The notes beneath the pieces are model-generated. The model searched no databases. It was not told where the DNA came from and saw nothing but the letters and a program-made list of their open reading frames with translations. Below are positions 45,629 through 55,263 of a DNA stretch of 58,611 nt, piece after piece. The DNA is from an uncultured Nitrospirota bacterium (GTDB taxonomy: Bacteria > CG2-30-53-67): contig CALZGC010000003.1 in the NCBI GenBank assembly GCA_945786985.1, positions 1 through 58,611 on the forward strand, in the 5' to 3' direction. A program made the position numbers and the translations under genes. Each line of letters starts with the position of its first letter. Within the stretch, counting starts at the first letter, position 1.

Positions 45629-46324
45629 TCACCCCCGGAGTCGCTGCACGGCACCGTCGATATAGTCGAGCCACTCGGAGAGCCCCTCGTCCGATCTGGC
45701 CGAGAGGCGGATGACCTCCAGAGAGGGTCGGATGATCCGGGCGTCCCGAATGGCGCGGGCCGCGTCGAAATCGGTCTGGGGCAATAGGTCCATCTTGGAG
45801 AGGATCATCAGGTCCGCGTTCTTGAAGGCGACGGGATACTTGGCCGGTTTGTCGTCCCCCTCGGTCGTGGAGAGCAAAACCACGTTGAGGTGGGTGCCGA
45901 GTTCATAGGTGGCCGGACAGACGAGATTCCCAACATTCTCAACGAAGAGAAGATCCAGCGTGTCCAAGGGGAAGCGGTGCAGCGCGTCATGAAGCATGAA
46001 GGCATCCAGATGGCAGGTCTGGCCCGTCACGATCTGGTAGACGGGAACACCGGTGCTGCGAATCCGCTCGGCGTCCCGCTCAGTCTCCAGGTCCCCTTCG
46101 ATCACCCCCACCGAAAGGCGGTCCCGCAGCCGTGCGATGGTTTTCTCCAGCAGCAGGGTCTTGCCCGATCCGGGAGAGCTCATCAGGTTCATGCCGAGGA
46201 TGCCATGTTGCTTCAGGATTTCCCGGTTGGCACGGGCTTTTGACGTGTTCGACGCGAGGACGCTCTCCTGCACCTCGACGATCTTCCGGCCCGATCCCGC
46301 ACTGCACCCGCAATCCTGACACAT
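45629..46324 (-). CDS. hypB: Hydrogenase nickel-incorporation GTPase HypB
   Basis: The N-terminal metal site MCQDCGCS is present, with P-loop SSPGSGKT and the G3E-family motifs ENVGNLVCP and NKMD-like SKMDL. Confidence 0.95.
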   Translation of the reverse strand: MCQDCGCSAGSGRKIVEVQESVLASNTSKARANREILKQHGILGMNLMSSPGSGKTLLLEKTIARLRDRLSVGVIEGDLETERDAERIRSTGVPVYQIVTGQTCHLDAFMLHDALHRFPLDTLDLLFVENVGNLVCPATYELGTHLNVVLLSTTEGDDKPAKYPVAFKNADLMILSKMDLLPQTDFDAARAIRDARIIRPSLEVIRLSARSDEGLSEWLDYIDGAVQRLRG

Positions 46325-46329
46325 AGGCT

Positions 46330-48600
46330 TCAGCCTCCTTCGTGAATGACGCCGTTGATACGTTTCAGCATGCCTCCGTAATAGGCCTGCCCCAGAGAGA
46401 TGCCGCCGTCATTGGGGGGCACCGCCCTCTGGTGATACACGCGAAATCCTGCCTCTCCCAACCGCCGCACCATCATAGCACGCAAGGGGCCGTTCTGGAA
46501 GACGCCTCCCGAGAGGCAGACGATCTCCCGACCGACCCGGACCGCCGCATCGTGTGCGATCCCCACCAGCGTGTTGAGAAACCGCGTGGGAGCCCCCGCC
46601 GGATCCCGATCGGCCAGGAGGTCCCGAAATAGGGGCCGCCAGTCGATCTGTCCGTCGCCCTGTCCGTTATCGATCGCGTAAGCATAGCGATCGGTGACAT
46701 CCGGATCGTAGCAGTCTTCAATCATCATGGCCGCCTGAGCCTCATACGTGCAGCGCTGTATCCGGCCCGTCAAAGCGGCGACGGCATCGAAGAGACGGCC
46801 CGCCGAGGAGCAGAAAGGCGCGTGGAACTTCCGGTGCCAGGCCGTCCAGAGGACGGCCCGCTCTGCGGAATCAAAGGCGGCCACCGGCGGCAGATCCATC
46901 TCGAGGCTCTCTTCCCCGAAGAGATCAAAGAGGATGGACAGGGCCACGCGCCTCGGCTCCCGAACGGCCTGCTCCCCGCCGATCAGCCGGAGGGGCCGGA
47001 GGTGAAAAGTGCGTTCGCACTGCGTCAGATCGCAGGTGAACACCTCGCCACCCCAGAGTGTCCCGTCCGTCCCGTATCCTGTGCCGTCCCAGGCGATTCC
47101 CGTCACCGACTCCCGCAGGCCGTGCTCCGCCATGCAGGAGAGAATGTGGGCATAATGGTGCTGCAGCCCCACCCGGTCGGCACCGGTCTGCGCCTGCGCC
47201 CAACGGGTCGTTTCGTAGCGGGGATGTAGGTCGTGGACAATGAGTTCCGGCTTGAACTGATATAGGGCACAAAAGTCCGCCAACGTCTCTTCGAAGTGGG
47301 CCAGACTCTCGGGACTCTCCATGTCCCCGATGTGCTGGCTCAGGACGATCTGCGTGTCGAAGCCGATGGCAAAGGTGTTTTTCAGTTGGCCGCCCACGGC
47401 GAGAACCGGCCGTTTCAGGCGCGTCGGCAGCAGCACGGGCATGGAGACATAGCCCCGGGCCCGGCGAATGAACTGGGGCGCCCCGCCCGCCTCTTTGAGA
47501 ACCGAATCATCACAGCGCCGGTGGATCGGCCGATCGTGCAGGAGCAGCGCGTCGCAAAGCGGGCCCAGCCGCGCAAGCGCTTCGTCGTTCTCCTTCACGA
47601 TGGGCTCCTCCGACAGGTTGCCCGATGTTGCCACGATGGGCACATCCAGCCCCTCAAGAACAAGATGATGCAGGGGCGAATAGGGTAGGAAGGCACCGAC
47701 CGTCAGTAGTCCCGGTGAGACGGCGCGAAGGGCCTCCCCCTTCCGGCGCATCAGTACCACGGGTCTTTCCTGGGAGAGGAGCAGCGCTTCTTCCTCGGGG
47801 TCCGGTGTTGCGTAGGCACGCAGCTGTTCCAGGTCCCGGAACATGACGGCAAAAGGCTTCTCCGATCGGCCCTTGCGTGCCCGGAGCCGCTCCACCGCTG
47901 CCTCCCGGGTGGCATCGCAGATCAGATGGAACCCGCCGATCCCCTTGACCGCGACAATCCCGCCTTGCTCGATGGCATCGAGCAGCCCGCGCACCGCGGA
48001 CTCTCCCCGGGCCCTTGGGGTGCCCTGCGCATCGACCAGCCAGACGGCCGGTCCACAGCGGGGGCACGCATTCGGCTGGGCATGATACCGCCGGTCCCGC
48101 GGTGTGTCGTATTCCGCTTGGCACTCGGGGCACATGGTAAAGGCTTTCATCGTCGTGTTGGGGCGGTCGTAGGGAAGCCCTTCGATCAGGGTAAAGCGCG
48201 GGCCGCAGTTGGTGCAGTTGATGAAGGGGTAGCGGTAGCGCCGATCCTGAGCGTCCAGTAGTTCCCGGGTGCAGTCCGCGCAGATCGACATGTCAGGCAG
48301 CAGCACCGCCGCCGGGGCGCCCCGCTCCGAGCTCGGCCGAATCTCGAACTCCCGATAGCCCACGGGTGCGGCCAGGGCCGTTTCCCGGTGGGTGATCTTT
48401 GCCAGGGGCGGTGTGTCGGTTTCGAGCTCCCGGAGAAAAGAGTCCACCCTCCCCCGGGCACCTTCGACTTCGATGAAGACACCGGCAGGGTTGTTGCTGA
48501 CGTAACCGCTCAAACCGAGCCGCCGGGCCGTGCGGTAGACGAAGGGCCGGAATCCGACCCCTTGGACGGCCCCTTGGAGATGTAGTTTAAGCCGGACCAT
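46330..48600 (-). CDS. hypF: Carbamoyltransferase HypF
   Basis: An acylphosphatase-like N-terminus (VQGVGFRPFVYRTARRLGLSGYV) is followed by two CxxC-x18-CxxC zinc fingers (CADCTREL...CTNCGPRF; CPECQAEY...CPRCGP). YrdC-like and Kae1-like domains follow. Length is 756 aa. Confidence 0.95.
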   Translation of the reverse strand: MVRLKLHLQGAVQGVGFRPFVYRTARRLGLSGYVSNNPAGVFIEVEGARGRVDSFLRELETDTPPLAKITHRETALAAPVGYREFEIRPSSERGAPAAVLLPDMSICADCTRELLDAQDRRYRYPFINCTNCGPRFTLIEGLPYDRPNTTMKAFTMCPECQAEYDTPRDRRYHAQPNACPRCGPAVWLVDAQGTPRARGESAVRGLLDAIEQGGIVAVKGIGGFHLICDATREAAVERLRARKGRSEKPFAVMFRDLEQLRAYATPDPEEEALLLSQERPVVLMRRKGEALRAVSPGLLTVGAFLPYSPLHHLVLEGLDVPIVATSGNLSEEPIVKENDEALARLGPLCDALLLHDRPIHRRCDDSVLKEAGGAPQFIRRARGYVSMPVLLPTRLKRPVLAVGGQLKNTFAIGFDTQIVLSQHIGDMESPESLAHFEETLADFCALYQFKPELIVHDLHPRYETTRWAQAQTGADRVGLQHHYAHILSCMAEHGLRESVTGIAWDGTGYGTDGTLWGGEVFTCDLTQCERTFHLRPLRLIGGEQAVREPRRVALSILFDLFGEESLEMDLPPVAAFDSAERAVLWTAWHRKFHAPFCSSAGRLFDAVAALTGRIQRCTYEAQAAMMIEDCYDPDVTDRYAYAIDNGQGDGQIDWRPLFRDLLADRDPAGAPTRFLNTLVGIAHDAAVRVGREIVCLSGGVFQNGPLRAMMVRRLGEAGFRVYHQRAVPPNDGGISLGQAYYGGMLKRINGVIHEGG

Positions 48601-48946
48601 CGGGCACTTCCATTTCCAGCCGCTCCAGCATCAGCGCGTCCCCTTCGCAGGCCTCCACGTTCAGGGAGCCGCACTCGGGGCATTTGAACCGGACAGTGTC
48701 GGTCGCACTCGTCTGCAAGCAGTCCCGGCAGTTGAGCTCAAGCGGGCTCATCTCAATGACCAGCTCAGCGATCTCCGCCACGGTCCGGTCCTTGAACGTG
48801 TCGAAAGCCGTTTTGAGCAAATGGGGAACGACGCCGGCCAGAGGCCCCACCCGCAGCACGACCCGGGTGACCGTCTGTGCGTCCTGCCGGGCGGCGTGTT
48901 CTTCGATGGTGTTCATCAGGCTCTGGACGATAGAGAATTCGTGCAT
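48587..48946 (-). CDS. hypA: Hydrogenase nickel-insertion protein HypA
   Basis: The MHEFSIVQSL N-terminus (Ni site) is present, with zinc site CRDC...CPECG. It overlaps hypF by 14 nt. No SD is recognisable, because repeat copy C begins immediately upstream of the ATG. Confidence 0.9.
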   Translation of the reverse strand: MHEFSIVQSLMNTIEEHAARQDAQTVTRVVLRVGPLAGVVPHLLKTAFDTFKDRTVAEIAELVIEMSPLELNCRDCLQTSATDTVRFKCPECGSLNVEACEGDALMLERLEMEVPDGPA

Positions 48947-49126
48947 CTTAGCCCGTATATTGCATGAGTTAATCTATTACGAGGCCGGATAGTCTGCCAC
49001 ATGCGGCGTTACAGAAAATTCTCTGACTTCGAAATATTGCAATATGTCTTCAGCCACAAAATTTTCTGCGCCTTGCCTGTGGCGCCTCTACGACCATGAC
49101 GATCACCCATGCAATATCCGCGCTAG
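48947..49126 (+). repeat. Full-length copy C (about 180 bp) of the palindromic element, filling the hypE-hypA intergenic space exactly
   Basis: The termini are TTAGCCCGTATATTGCATGAGT (left) and ACCCATGCAATATCCGCGCTAG (right; its complement is CTAGCGCGGATATTGCATGGGT). The internal palindrome is ACAGAAAATT...AAATTTTCTG. It is collinear with the reverse complement of copy A apart from three indels. Confidence 0.8.
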
Positions 49127-50124
49127 CAGATTCTCGGAAGGATTTCACCCGACGGGGGATCCATGATGCGCCGTGTATTGTGGGCGCTCCGCAGCACCAC
49201 TCGCGGTCGCTCCGAGGCCAGCACCGTCCCGATCACCCGGCTCCCTTCCCCGGCACTGTGGGACTGGAGGGCCGCCAAAACCGCCTCTGCGGCGGCGGCG
49301 TGCACGGCCAACACCACTCTTCCCTCTGAAGCCAGGTGCGTCGGCTCAATCCCGAGCAGTTCGCAGGCACCCCGCACTGCGTTGTGCACCGGGACGGCTT
49401 CTTCGGCAACTTCGATCTCCACCGCGGACTGCCGCGCCCACTCGTTGAGGACAGCCGCCAGCCCCCCGCGGGTCGGATCCCGCATTGCGTGCACACGGGC
49501 CCCGGAATCGAGAACGCTCGCCACCAGGGGCCATAGGGAGGCGCAGTCGCTCTCCAGGGCCAGCTTGAAATCAATCCCCTCCCGGCTGGCCAGTATACAG
49601 GCGCCGTGATCGCCGACGGTTCCCGAGACAATGATCGTATCGCCCGTCGCAACGGCCGAGGCCGACAGCCCGTCATAGAGGATCTCCCCCACCCCCGACG
49701 TGTTGATGACAATCCCCTTCAGATCCCCCCGGGGCATGACCTTGGTATCCCCCGTCACGATGGAGAGACCCGACAGGGATGCCTCCCGGGCCATGCTGAC
49801 GGCAATGGTCTCCAGGTCTTGCAGGGGAAAGCCTTCTTCAATGATGAACCCTGCGGAGAGAAAGCGCGCTCTGGCGCCCATGACGCAAAGGTCGTTCACC
49901 GTCCCGGCCACGGCCAATTTCCCGATATCGCCGCCGCTGAAGAAGGGGGGATCGACGGTAAAGGAATCGGTGGTGAAGGCGATCCGGTCGGTGGGCCAGG
50001 ACAGCACGGCCGCGTCTTCCAGGGCGTTCAGAGCTTCATTGGAAAAATGCTTCTGAAACACCTCCCGGATGAGCGCACCGGTCTCTTCTCCGCCGCCGCC
50101 ATGGGCCAGCAGGATCTTTTGCAT
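49123..50124 (-). CDS. hypE: Hydrogenase maturation protein HypE
   Basis: ORF trimmed to the ATG at 50124 (MQKILLAHGGGGEETGALI...). It has a PurM-like fold and the C-terminal PRIC motif. The TAG stop lies inside the terminal CTAG of repeat copy C. Confidence 0.95.
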   Translation of the reverse strand: MQKILLAHGGGGEETGALIREVFQKHFSNEALNALEDAAVLSWPTDRIAFTTDSFTVDPPFFSGGDIGKLAVAGTVNDLCVMGARARFLSAGFIIEEGFPLQDLETIAVSMAREASLSGLSIVTGDTKVMPRGDLKGIVINTSGVGEILYDGLSASAVATGDTIIVSGTVGDHGACILASREGIDFKLALESDCASLWPLVASVLDSGARVHAMRDPTRGGLAAVLNEWARQSAVEIEVAEEAVPVHNAVRGACELLGIEPTHLASEGRVVLAVHAAAAEAVLAALQSHSAGEGSRVIGTVLASERPRVVLRSAHNTRRIMDPPSGEILPRIC

Positions 50125-50434
50125 CGAATCTGAAGAGGAATGCCGGTTCAAAGTGGCGGCATTGTACAACAACGGCGGGAAATTAGGAAGCCCATTCGTA
50201 ACGACTCAGGTTGCTTCCATTTTCCCGCAGGACAAGGCGTGAGGAGCGCAAAACCGGAGGCGTATTTTTCATACGTTGAGGATTTGAGCACCGCAACACC
50301 TCAAGATACCTTGCTTTAATAGCCGCTGAAAGCGGCAACAATAATATTAAGCGAGGCACGCGACGCTCCGTAACTTTGTTACAGAGGGGAAAGCGTAACG
50401 AAGTCATGCGGGAAAAGAGAGGTGACCTGAGTGG

Positions 50435-51073
50435 TTACGTCGATTCTTGGGCCCGGGCGGTGCGGCGATCCTTGAACCGTTTCAGCCGAAAATAGGACTC
50501 CCGTTCCCGCTCCCCGAGATACTGGGCAATCGTCTTGATGCTTTGCTGCATACGGGGCAGGACCCGCTCCTCCAGCACCCGGGTGCGGCGGGTCAACCGG
50601 ACGATTTCATCGCCCAGCCGTTTGAGCTTGTTCTCAAAGGCGGCGAGTTGGAGCAGGGTTTCCACTGTCTTTTCAAAGAGGTGAATCGACTCCTCCAGAT
50701 GGGGGGTGGTGGCCGTGTAGTCATAATTTCGCTCCGACGGCCGGCGCACGACGGTCTCCCCCACGGAGACATCCCGGTACTTCACACCCATCAGGTTTTT
50801 CGATTCGATCTCCAGCGCCACCTCCCGCTGGCTGACCCCGGCAATCGATTCGATACTCTCCCGACCCTCGTGGCCGAGACTCAGGTGCAGCCCGTCCAGT
50901 GCCTCGCCGTAGTCCCGGCGGATCTCCCGTCGTGATTGCAAAAAGGGATGCGAGGACGCTATCAGCTCGCGAATCAGCGCCTGCCGTCGCGCCTTGAGAA
51001 TCCGGACGCTGCCGGTGATCGCGCGGCGGCGCTCTTTGAGCTGAAGCAGGTTGGTGCGGGTCGGGTGGATCAT
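50435..51073 (-). CDS. V/A-type ATPase subunit D
   Basis: The N-terminus PTRTNLLQLKERRRAITGSVRILKARRQALIRELI is typical of V-type D subunits. The ATG overlaps the B subunit stop (ATGA). Confidence 0.9.
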   Translation of the reverse strand: MIHPTRTNLLQLKERRRAITGSVRILKARRQALIRELIASSHPFLQSRREIRRDYGEALDGLHLSLGHEGRESIESIAGVSQREVALEIESKNLMGVKYRDVSVGETVVRRPSERNYDYTATTPHLEESIHLFEKTVETLLQLAAFENKLKRLGDEIVRLTRRTRVLEERVLPRMQQSIKTIAQYLGERERESYFRLKRFKDRRTARAQEST

Positions 51074-52413
51074 GGGGTCTCCAGCCCGTGACCCTTCAAA
51101 ACAGCGATCCCGGCGTCCAGGGTCTCTTCAATGGATCGTCGCCCCTCCCCCTGATGGACGAAATCCCGTTCAAAGGCGTCCGCGAAATCGAGCATCCCCC
51201 GGTCTCTCTCGCTCATTCCCTCGCGCCCAACGATGGTCTCGAGATTGCGCAGATCCCGACCCTTGGCGTAATGCTTGTAGAGCAGGTTGGCCACGCCCCG
51301 GTGATCGGCGCGGGTCCGCCCCTCCCCGATGCCCCGCTGCATGAGCCGGGAGAGGCTCGGCAGGACGTCCATGGGGGGGAAGATCCCCTTCTGGTGCAGT
51401 TCCCGGCTGAGCACCAGCTGCCCCTCGGTGATATAGCCGGTGAGGTCGGGAATGGGATGGGTGATGTCATCCTCCGGCATGGTCACCACGGGGAGCATGG
51501 TCACCGAGCCGGGGCGCCCCTGAATGCGCCCCGCCCGCTCGAAGAGGGACGCCAGGTCGGAGTACATGTAGCCGGGATAGCCCCGCCGGCCGGGCAGCTC
51601 CTCACGGGCGGTGGAGACTTCCCGCAGCGCGTCGCAGTAGTTGGTGATGTCGGTAATGACCACAAGCACATCCATCCCCTGCTCAAAGGCGAGGTACTCC
51701 GCCGCCGTGAGGCCGAAGCGGGGCGCAAGAAGGCGCTCCACCACCGCGTCATTGGCCAGGTTGATGAAGGCCACGAAGCGGGTGCGCATCCCCTCCAGCG
51801 TCTGCATATAATAGGCGTATTCATGGTGGGTGAGCCCCAGGGCGACGAAAATGACGACGAAATCCTTGACCGCCGCCTCCTTGCCCCCAACCACCATGCG
51901 GGCGGACCGCAGAATGCCCGCGGCCATCTCCTTGGAGGGAAGGCCGGCCGCAGAAAAAATGGGGAGCTTCTGCCCCTTCACCAACGTGTTGAGCCCGTCG
52001 ATGGCGGAATAGCCCGTTTCGATGAATTCGTTGGGACTCCCCCGGAGCGTGGGGTTGATGGCAAAGCCGGTCACCGGCGCCCACTGATCGGGCACGAACA
52101 TGGGCCGGCCGTCAACGGGCAGAAATGACCCGTTGAAGACCCGATCGAGCATGTCGGTGGAGAGGGGCGCCCGTTTCACCGCGTCCGTAAAGACGACGGC
52201 CGAGTGCTCCACGTCAAGGCCGTAGCTTTCACCGAAGAGCTGAATCAGCACGGTGGCGCCGTCGATCTTCAGGATCTCCCCCTCCATTTCGCTGCCGTCG
52301 GGGAAGACGACCCGCACGATCTCCCCCATGCGCGCCGAGCGCACCGCTTCCACCAGCAGGAGCGGGCTCTTGATGGAGGCAATCGTTGCATAGCAGTGCT
52401 CTGAGAGTCTCAC
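51070..52413 (-). CDS. V/A-type ATPase subunit B (non-catalytic)
   Basis: 447 aa with typical B-subunit motifs (PGRRGYPGYMYSDLASLFERAG; ITEGQLVLSREL). The GTG start overlaps the A subunit stop (GTGA). Confidence 0.95.
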   Translation of the reverse strand: MRLSEHCYATIASIKSPLLLVEAVRSARMGEIVRVVFPDGSEMEGEILKIDGATVLIQLFGESYGLDVEHSAVVFTDAVKRAPLSTDMLDRVFNGSFLPVDGRPMFVPDQWAPVTGFAINPTLRGSPNEFIETGYSAIDGLNTLVKGQKLPIFSAAGLPSKEMAAGILRSARMVVGGKEAAVKDFVVIFVALGLTHHEYAYYMQTLEGMRTRFVAFINLANDAVVERLLAPRFGLTAAEYLAFEQGMDVLVVITDITNYCDALREVSTAREELPGRRGYPGYMYSDLASLFERAGRIQGRPGSVTMLPVVTMPEDDITHPIPDLTGYITEGQLVLSRELHQKGIFPPMDVLPSLSRLMQRGIGEGRTRADHRGVANLLYKHYAKGRDLRNLETIVGREGMSERDRGMLDFADAFERDFVHQGEGRRSIEETLDAGIAVLKGHGLETP

Positions 52414-54032
52414 GCCGTCGCCTCCTTCAAAATCTTCTCCAGAGATTCGCCTGCCTGCAGCCGCTTTTCGGCGTGCCGATAAAAGGCCAGGATCTCCCGG
52501 ATCCGCCGGTGGGTCTGATCCAGTGATGAGTAGGCATCCTCCGTGTAGGCATTCTGGCAGAGAAATTTCTGCCGCACCTGCTCGGCCACATGCATCAACA
52601 GATGCCCTTCATCCTCGAGCCCCTCGGCCCCGACGATCTCGGCCACCTCCCGCAGCTTCTCTTCGCGCTGCAGAAGGGCCCGGCACTCATCCTTCAGCGC
52701 CCCCCACTCGGAGGACACGGTTTCGGCAAAGAAGTCTGCCACCGCATCGCTGTAAAGGGAGTAGCTCTGAAACCAGTTGATCGCCGGGAAATGACGGCGG
52801 TGGGCCAGGGCGGTGTCGAGCATGAGAAAGGCGCCGGTGTTGCGCAGGCAGGCCTGGGTCACCGGTTCGGTGAAATCGCCGCCCGGCGGGGAGACCGAGA
52901 GAATCATCGTCAGCGATCCGATGCGCCCGCCCCGCGTCTCCACGACCCCCGAGCGAGCCACAAACCCGGAAAGCCGGGACGAGAGGTAGGTCGGGTACCC
53001 CTCCTCCCCGGGCATCTCCTCCAGGGCCGACGAGATTTCCCGGAGGGCCTCCGCCCAGCGGGAAATGCTGTCGGCCAGAAAGAGGACATGGTAACCCATG
53101 TCCCGGAAATACTCGGCCATGGTGACGGCTGTGTAAATAGACGCCTCCCGGGCGGCCACCGGCATGTTGGAGGTGTTCACCACCATGACGGTCCGTGTCG
53201 TCAGGGGCTGGCCGCTTCCGGGATCGGTGAGGGTCACGAACTCTTCGAGCATCTCGGCCATCTCGTTGCCCCGCTCCCCGCATCCCACATAGACCACGAC
53301 GTCGGTATCGGCATACTTGGTGATGGTCTGCTCCAGTACGGTCTTTCCGGTCCCGAAGCCGCCGGGGAAGATGGCCGTGCCGCCGCGGGCCAGCGGGAAG
53401 AAGAAGTCGATGCAGCGCTGCCCCGTGACCAGCGGCTCCGACGGCGCGAGCTTTCGGCGATAGGGCCGGGGGGTGCGTACCGGCCACTCGTGCACGGCAT
53501 GGATCCGGCGGCCGTCGGCAAAGGCACCGATGGGATCCTGCACCGTGAACGGCCCCTCCCTGAGTTCGGCAAGGGTCCCGCCACCGTTGAACGCACCAAT
53601 CCAGTGGCGAAAAGGTCCCTCCTCGGCGTAGCCGAGCAACTCACCGGGCTGCACCACCTCTCCGGCGCGTTTGACCGGGACGAAATGCCAGGAACGCTCC
53701 GGTTCCAGTGGGGCCGGCGCCTTCCCGGCCCGGATGAAGGGCCCCTGCGCCTCCCCCAGAGGCTCCAGGGGCCGCTGCAGACCGTCGAAGATACGGGCCA
53801 GCAGCCCGGGGCCGAGCGCGACGGTCAGCGGTTTCTCCAATCCCCGTGCGGGCTCGCCGATACCGAGTCCCCGGGTGTCCTCGTAGACCTGGACCACGGC
53901 CCGCTCCCGTTCCATCCGTACCACCTCACCCATGAGGCCGCCATGGCCAATGCTCACACGGTCGTACAGTTTCAGATCGGGAAGCACTACGGTCACCGTG
54001 GGACCGGAAATGGCTGTAATCGATCCCTTCAT
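52410..54032 (-). CDS. V/A-type ATPase catalytic subunit A
   Basis: ORF trimmed to the ATG at 54032, which overlaps the subunit F stop (ATGA). Walker A is PGGFGTGKT. Typical motifs include GERGNEM and PGEEGYPTYLSSRL. Confidence 0.95.
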   Translation of the reverse strand: MKGSITAISGPTVTVVLPDLKLYDRVSIGHGGLMGEVVRMERERAVVQVYEDTRGLGIGEPARGLEKPLTVALGPGLLARIFDGLQRPLEPLGEAQGPFIRAGKAPAPLEPERSWHFVPVKRAGEVVQPGELLGYAEEGPFRHWIGAFNGGGTLAELREGPFTVQDPIGAFADGRRIHAVHEWPVRTPRPYRRKLAPSEPLVTGQRCIDFFFPLARGGTAIFPGGFGTGKTVLEQTITKYADTDVVVYVGCGERGNEMAEMLEEFVTLTDPGSGQPLTTRTVMVVNTSNMPVAAREASIYTAVTMAEYFRDMGYHVLFLADSISRWAEALREISSALEEMPGEEGYPTYLSSRLSGFVARSGVVETRGGRIGSLTMILSVSPPGGDFTEPVTQACLRNTGAFLMLDTALAHRRHFPAINWFQSYSLYSDAVADFFAETVSSEWGALKDECRALLQREEKLREVAEIVGAEGLEDEGHLLMHVAEQVRQKFLCQNAYTEDAYSSLDQTHRRIREILAFYRHAEKRLQAGESLEKILKEATA

Positions 54033-54349
54033 GCGTCCAGCCTCACCTGATAACCGATGGCCCGGCGGATCAGACGCAGGGCGTAATCCTCGCCCGGCGG
54101 CCGCCCGGCTTCCGGCGCCGGCAGCACCATGAGGATACCGCTCCATCGCTTTTCCATTTCGTGAAACCGCTCTTCCGGCATGTGGCCTATGAGCCGCTCA
54201 TCGACGATGACCAGGCACGTCTCGGGCTCGGCCAGAACCGTAGTCAGGGTTGCCTCCAGTTGTTCCGCCCTGCAGATGACCTGCTGCACGCCGGCCATGG
54301 CAAAACCGAAGCGCGCATCCTCGGGAGTTATAAAGACGATCCGTTTCAT
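54029..54349 (-). CDS. V/A-type ATPase subunit F
   Basis: 106 aa. MKRIVFITPEDARFGFAMAGV is typical of F subunits. The position between C and A is conserved in V-type operons. Confidence 0.8.
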   Translation of the reverse strand: MKRIVFITPEDARFGFAMAGVQQVICRAEQLEATLTTVLAEPETCLVIVDERLIGHMPEERFHEMEKRWSGILMVLPAPEAGRPPGEDYALRLIRRAIGYQVRLDA

Positions 54350-55263
54350 CGAATCAACTCCACGGCCAAGCGTTCCGAATCGATGGCTTTACCGAAGTAG
54401 AGCACGCGCAGATTGCGCATCTCCGTATAGCACCGCCAGAGATACTCCAGGACCGGTCCCACCGCATCGAATCCGCGCCCTGCGTGATGGAGCCGAAGCG
54501 TGAGCGCCCGCAAGAGGCTGATTTCGACAGACGCGCCCCCTCCACCGCTGAACTCCCGCCCCGTCAAGCCCGAAAGATCCTCTGGATTCCCCGCCTGGAC
54601 CCAATCGTGCAGCCGCCGGACCGGGATCCGCCCCCCCGCGATGCACGGCGTCGGGGCGTTCTCCATTTCCCAGCGGACCTGTTTGTACGCACTTAGCACA
54701 TTGCGAAGGTCGATGACGTCTGCGAAAAAGACCCGCACCGCCGGGTGTCCGCCATCGCGCACACGCGCCTCCAGAAACGTCCGCACCAGGGCCTCCTCGA
54801 AAACCCTCAGCCCCCCCGAAACGTAACGTTCCTTTAAGTCTCGGTAACAGGGGGAGAGAGCCGTCAGGCTCTCCGTCACATCGGCCACAGCGGCCGGCCC
54901 ATCGGCCGCCCCCCGCAACGCCTCGCGAACCGCGTCGGGGAGCAGACTGAACGTCAGCAGCTCTTTCACAGCGGCTTCGTTTCGGGCCGCCTTGTTGCGC
55001 AGGCAAAGCAGCAGCGTCCGGAGTTCGAAATAAAGCAGAACCGGCGCGACAGTCTCCCGGAGCTTTCGATTCATCTGGCGGTGCACCCAGAAGAGCTCCT
55101 CCAGAAAACGCTGCCACAGGATCTCCTCCGCGGCGGCCGGATCCGGATCCTGCGAGAGGCGCTGCAGCCAGTCCAATGTGAACCCGCTGCGGCGGGCCCG
55201 GAGTCTTGCCAACAGGTAGGGCGTCGGGTATCCGTCCCGTTTCTCCTCACGCAGAAGGTTCAC
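54346..55263 (-). CDS. V/A-type ATPase subunit C (eukaryotic d-like)
   Basis: 305-aa helical protein in the E-C-F position. The GTG start has GAGGTG upstream. Confidence 0.75.
   Translation of the reverse strand: MNLLREEKRDGYPTPYLLARLRARRSGFTLDWLQRLSQDPDPAAAEEILWQRFLEELFWVHRQMNRKLRETVAPVLLYFELRTLLLCLRNKAARNEAAVKELLTFSLLPDAVREALRGAADGPAAVADVTESLTALSPCYRDLKERYVSGGLRVFEEALVRTFLEARVRDGGHPAVRVFFADVIDLRNVLSAYKQVRWEMENAPTPCIAGGRIPVRRLHDWVQAGNPEDLSGLTGREFSGGGGASVEISLLRALTLRLHHAGRGFDAVGPVLEYLWRCYTEMRNLRVLYFGKAIDSERLAVELIR

Noticed and set aside
50183-50407. 74-aa ORF upstream of hypE (and the 61-aa ORF at 44268-44453 downstream of hypD) as candidates for the missing hypC
   Set aside because: Neither starts with the MC(L/I)(A/G)(I/V)P HypC signature or resembles an OB-fold chaperone. 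Composition and coding bias are poor.
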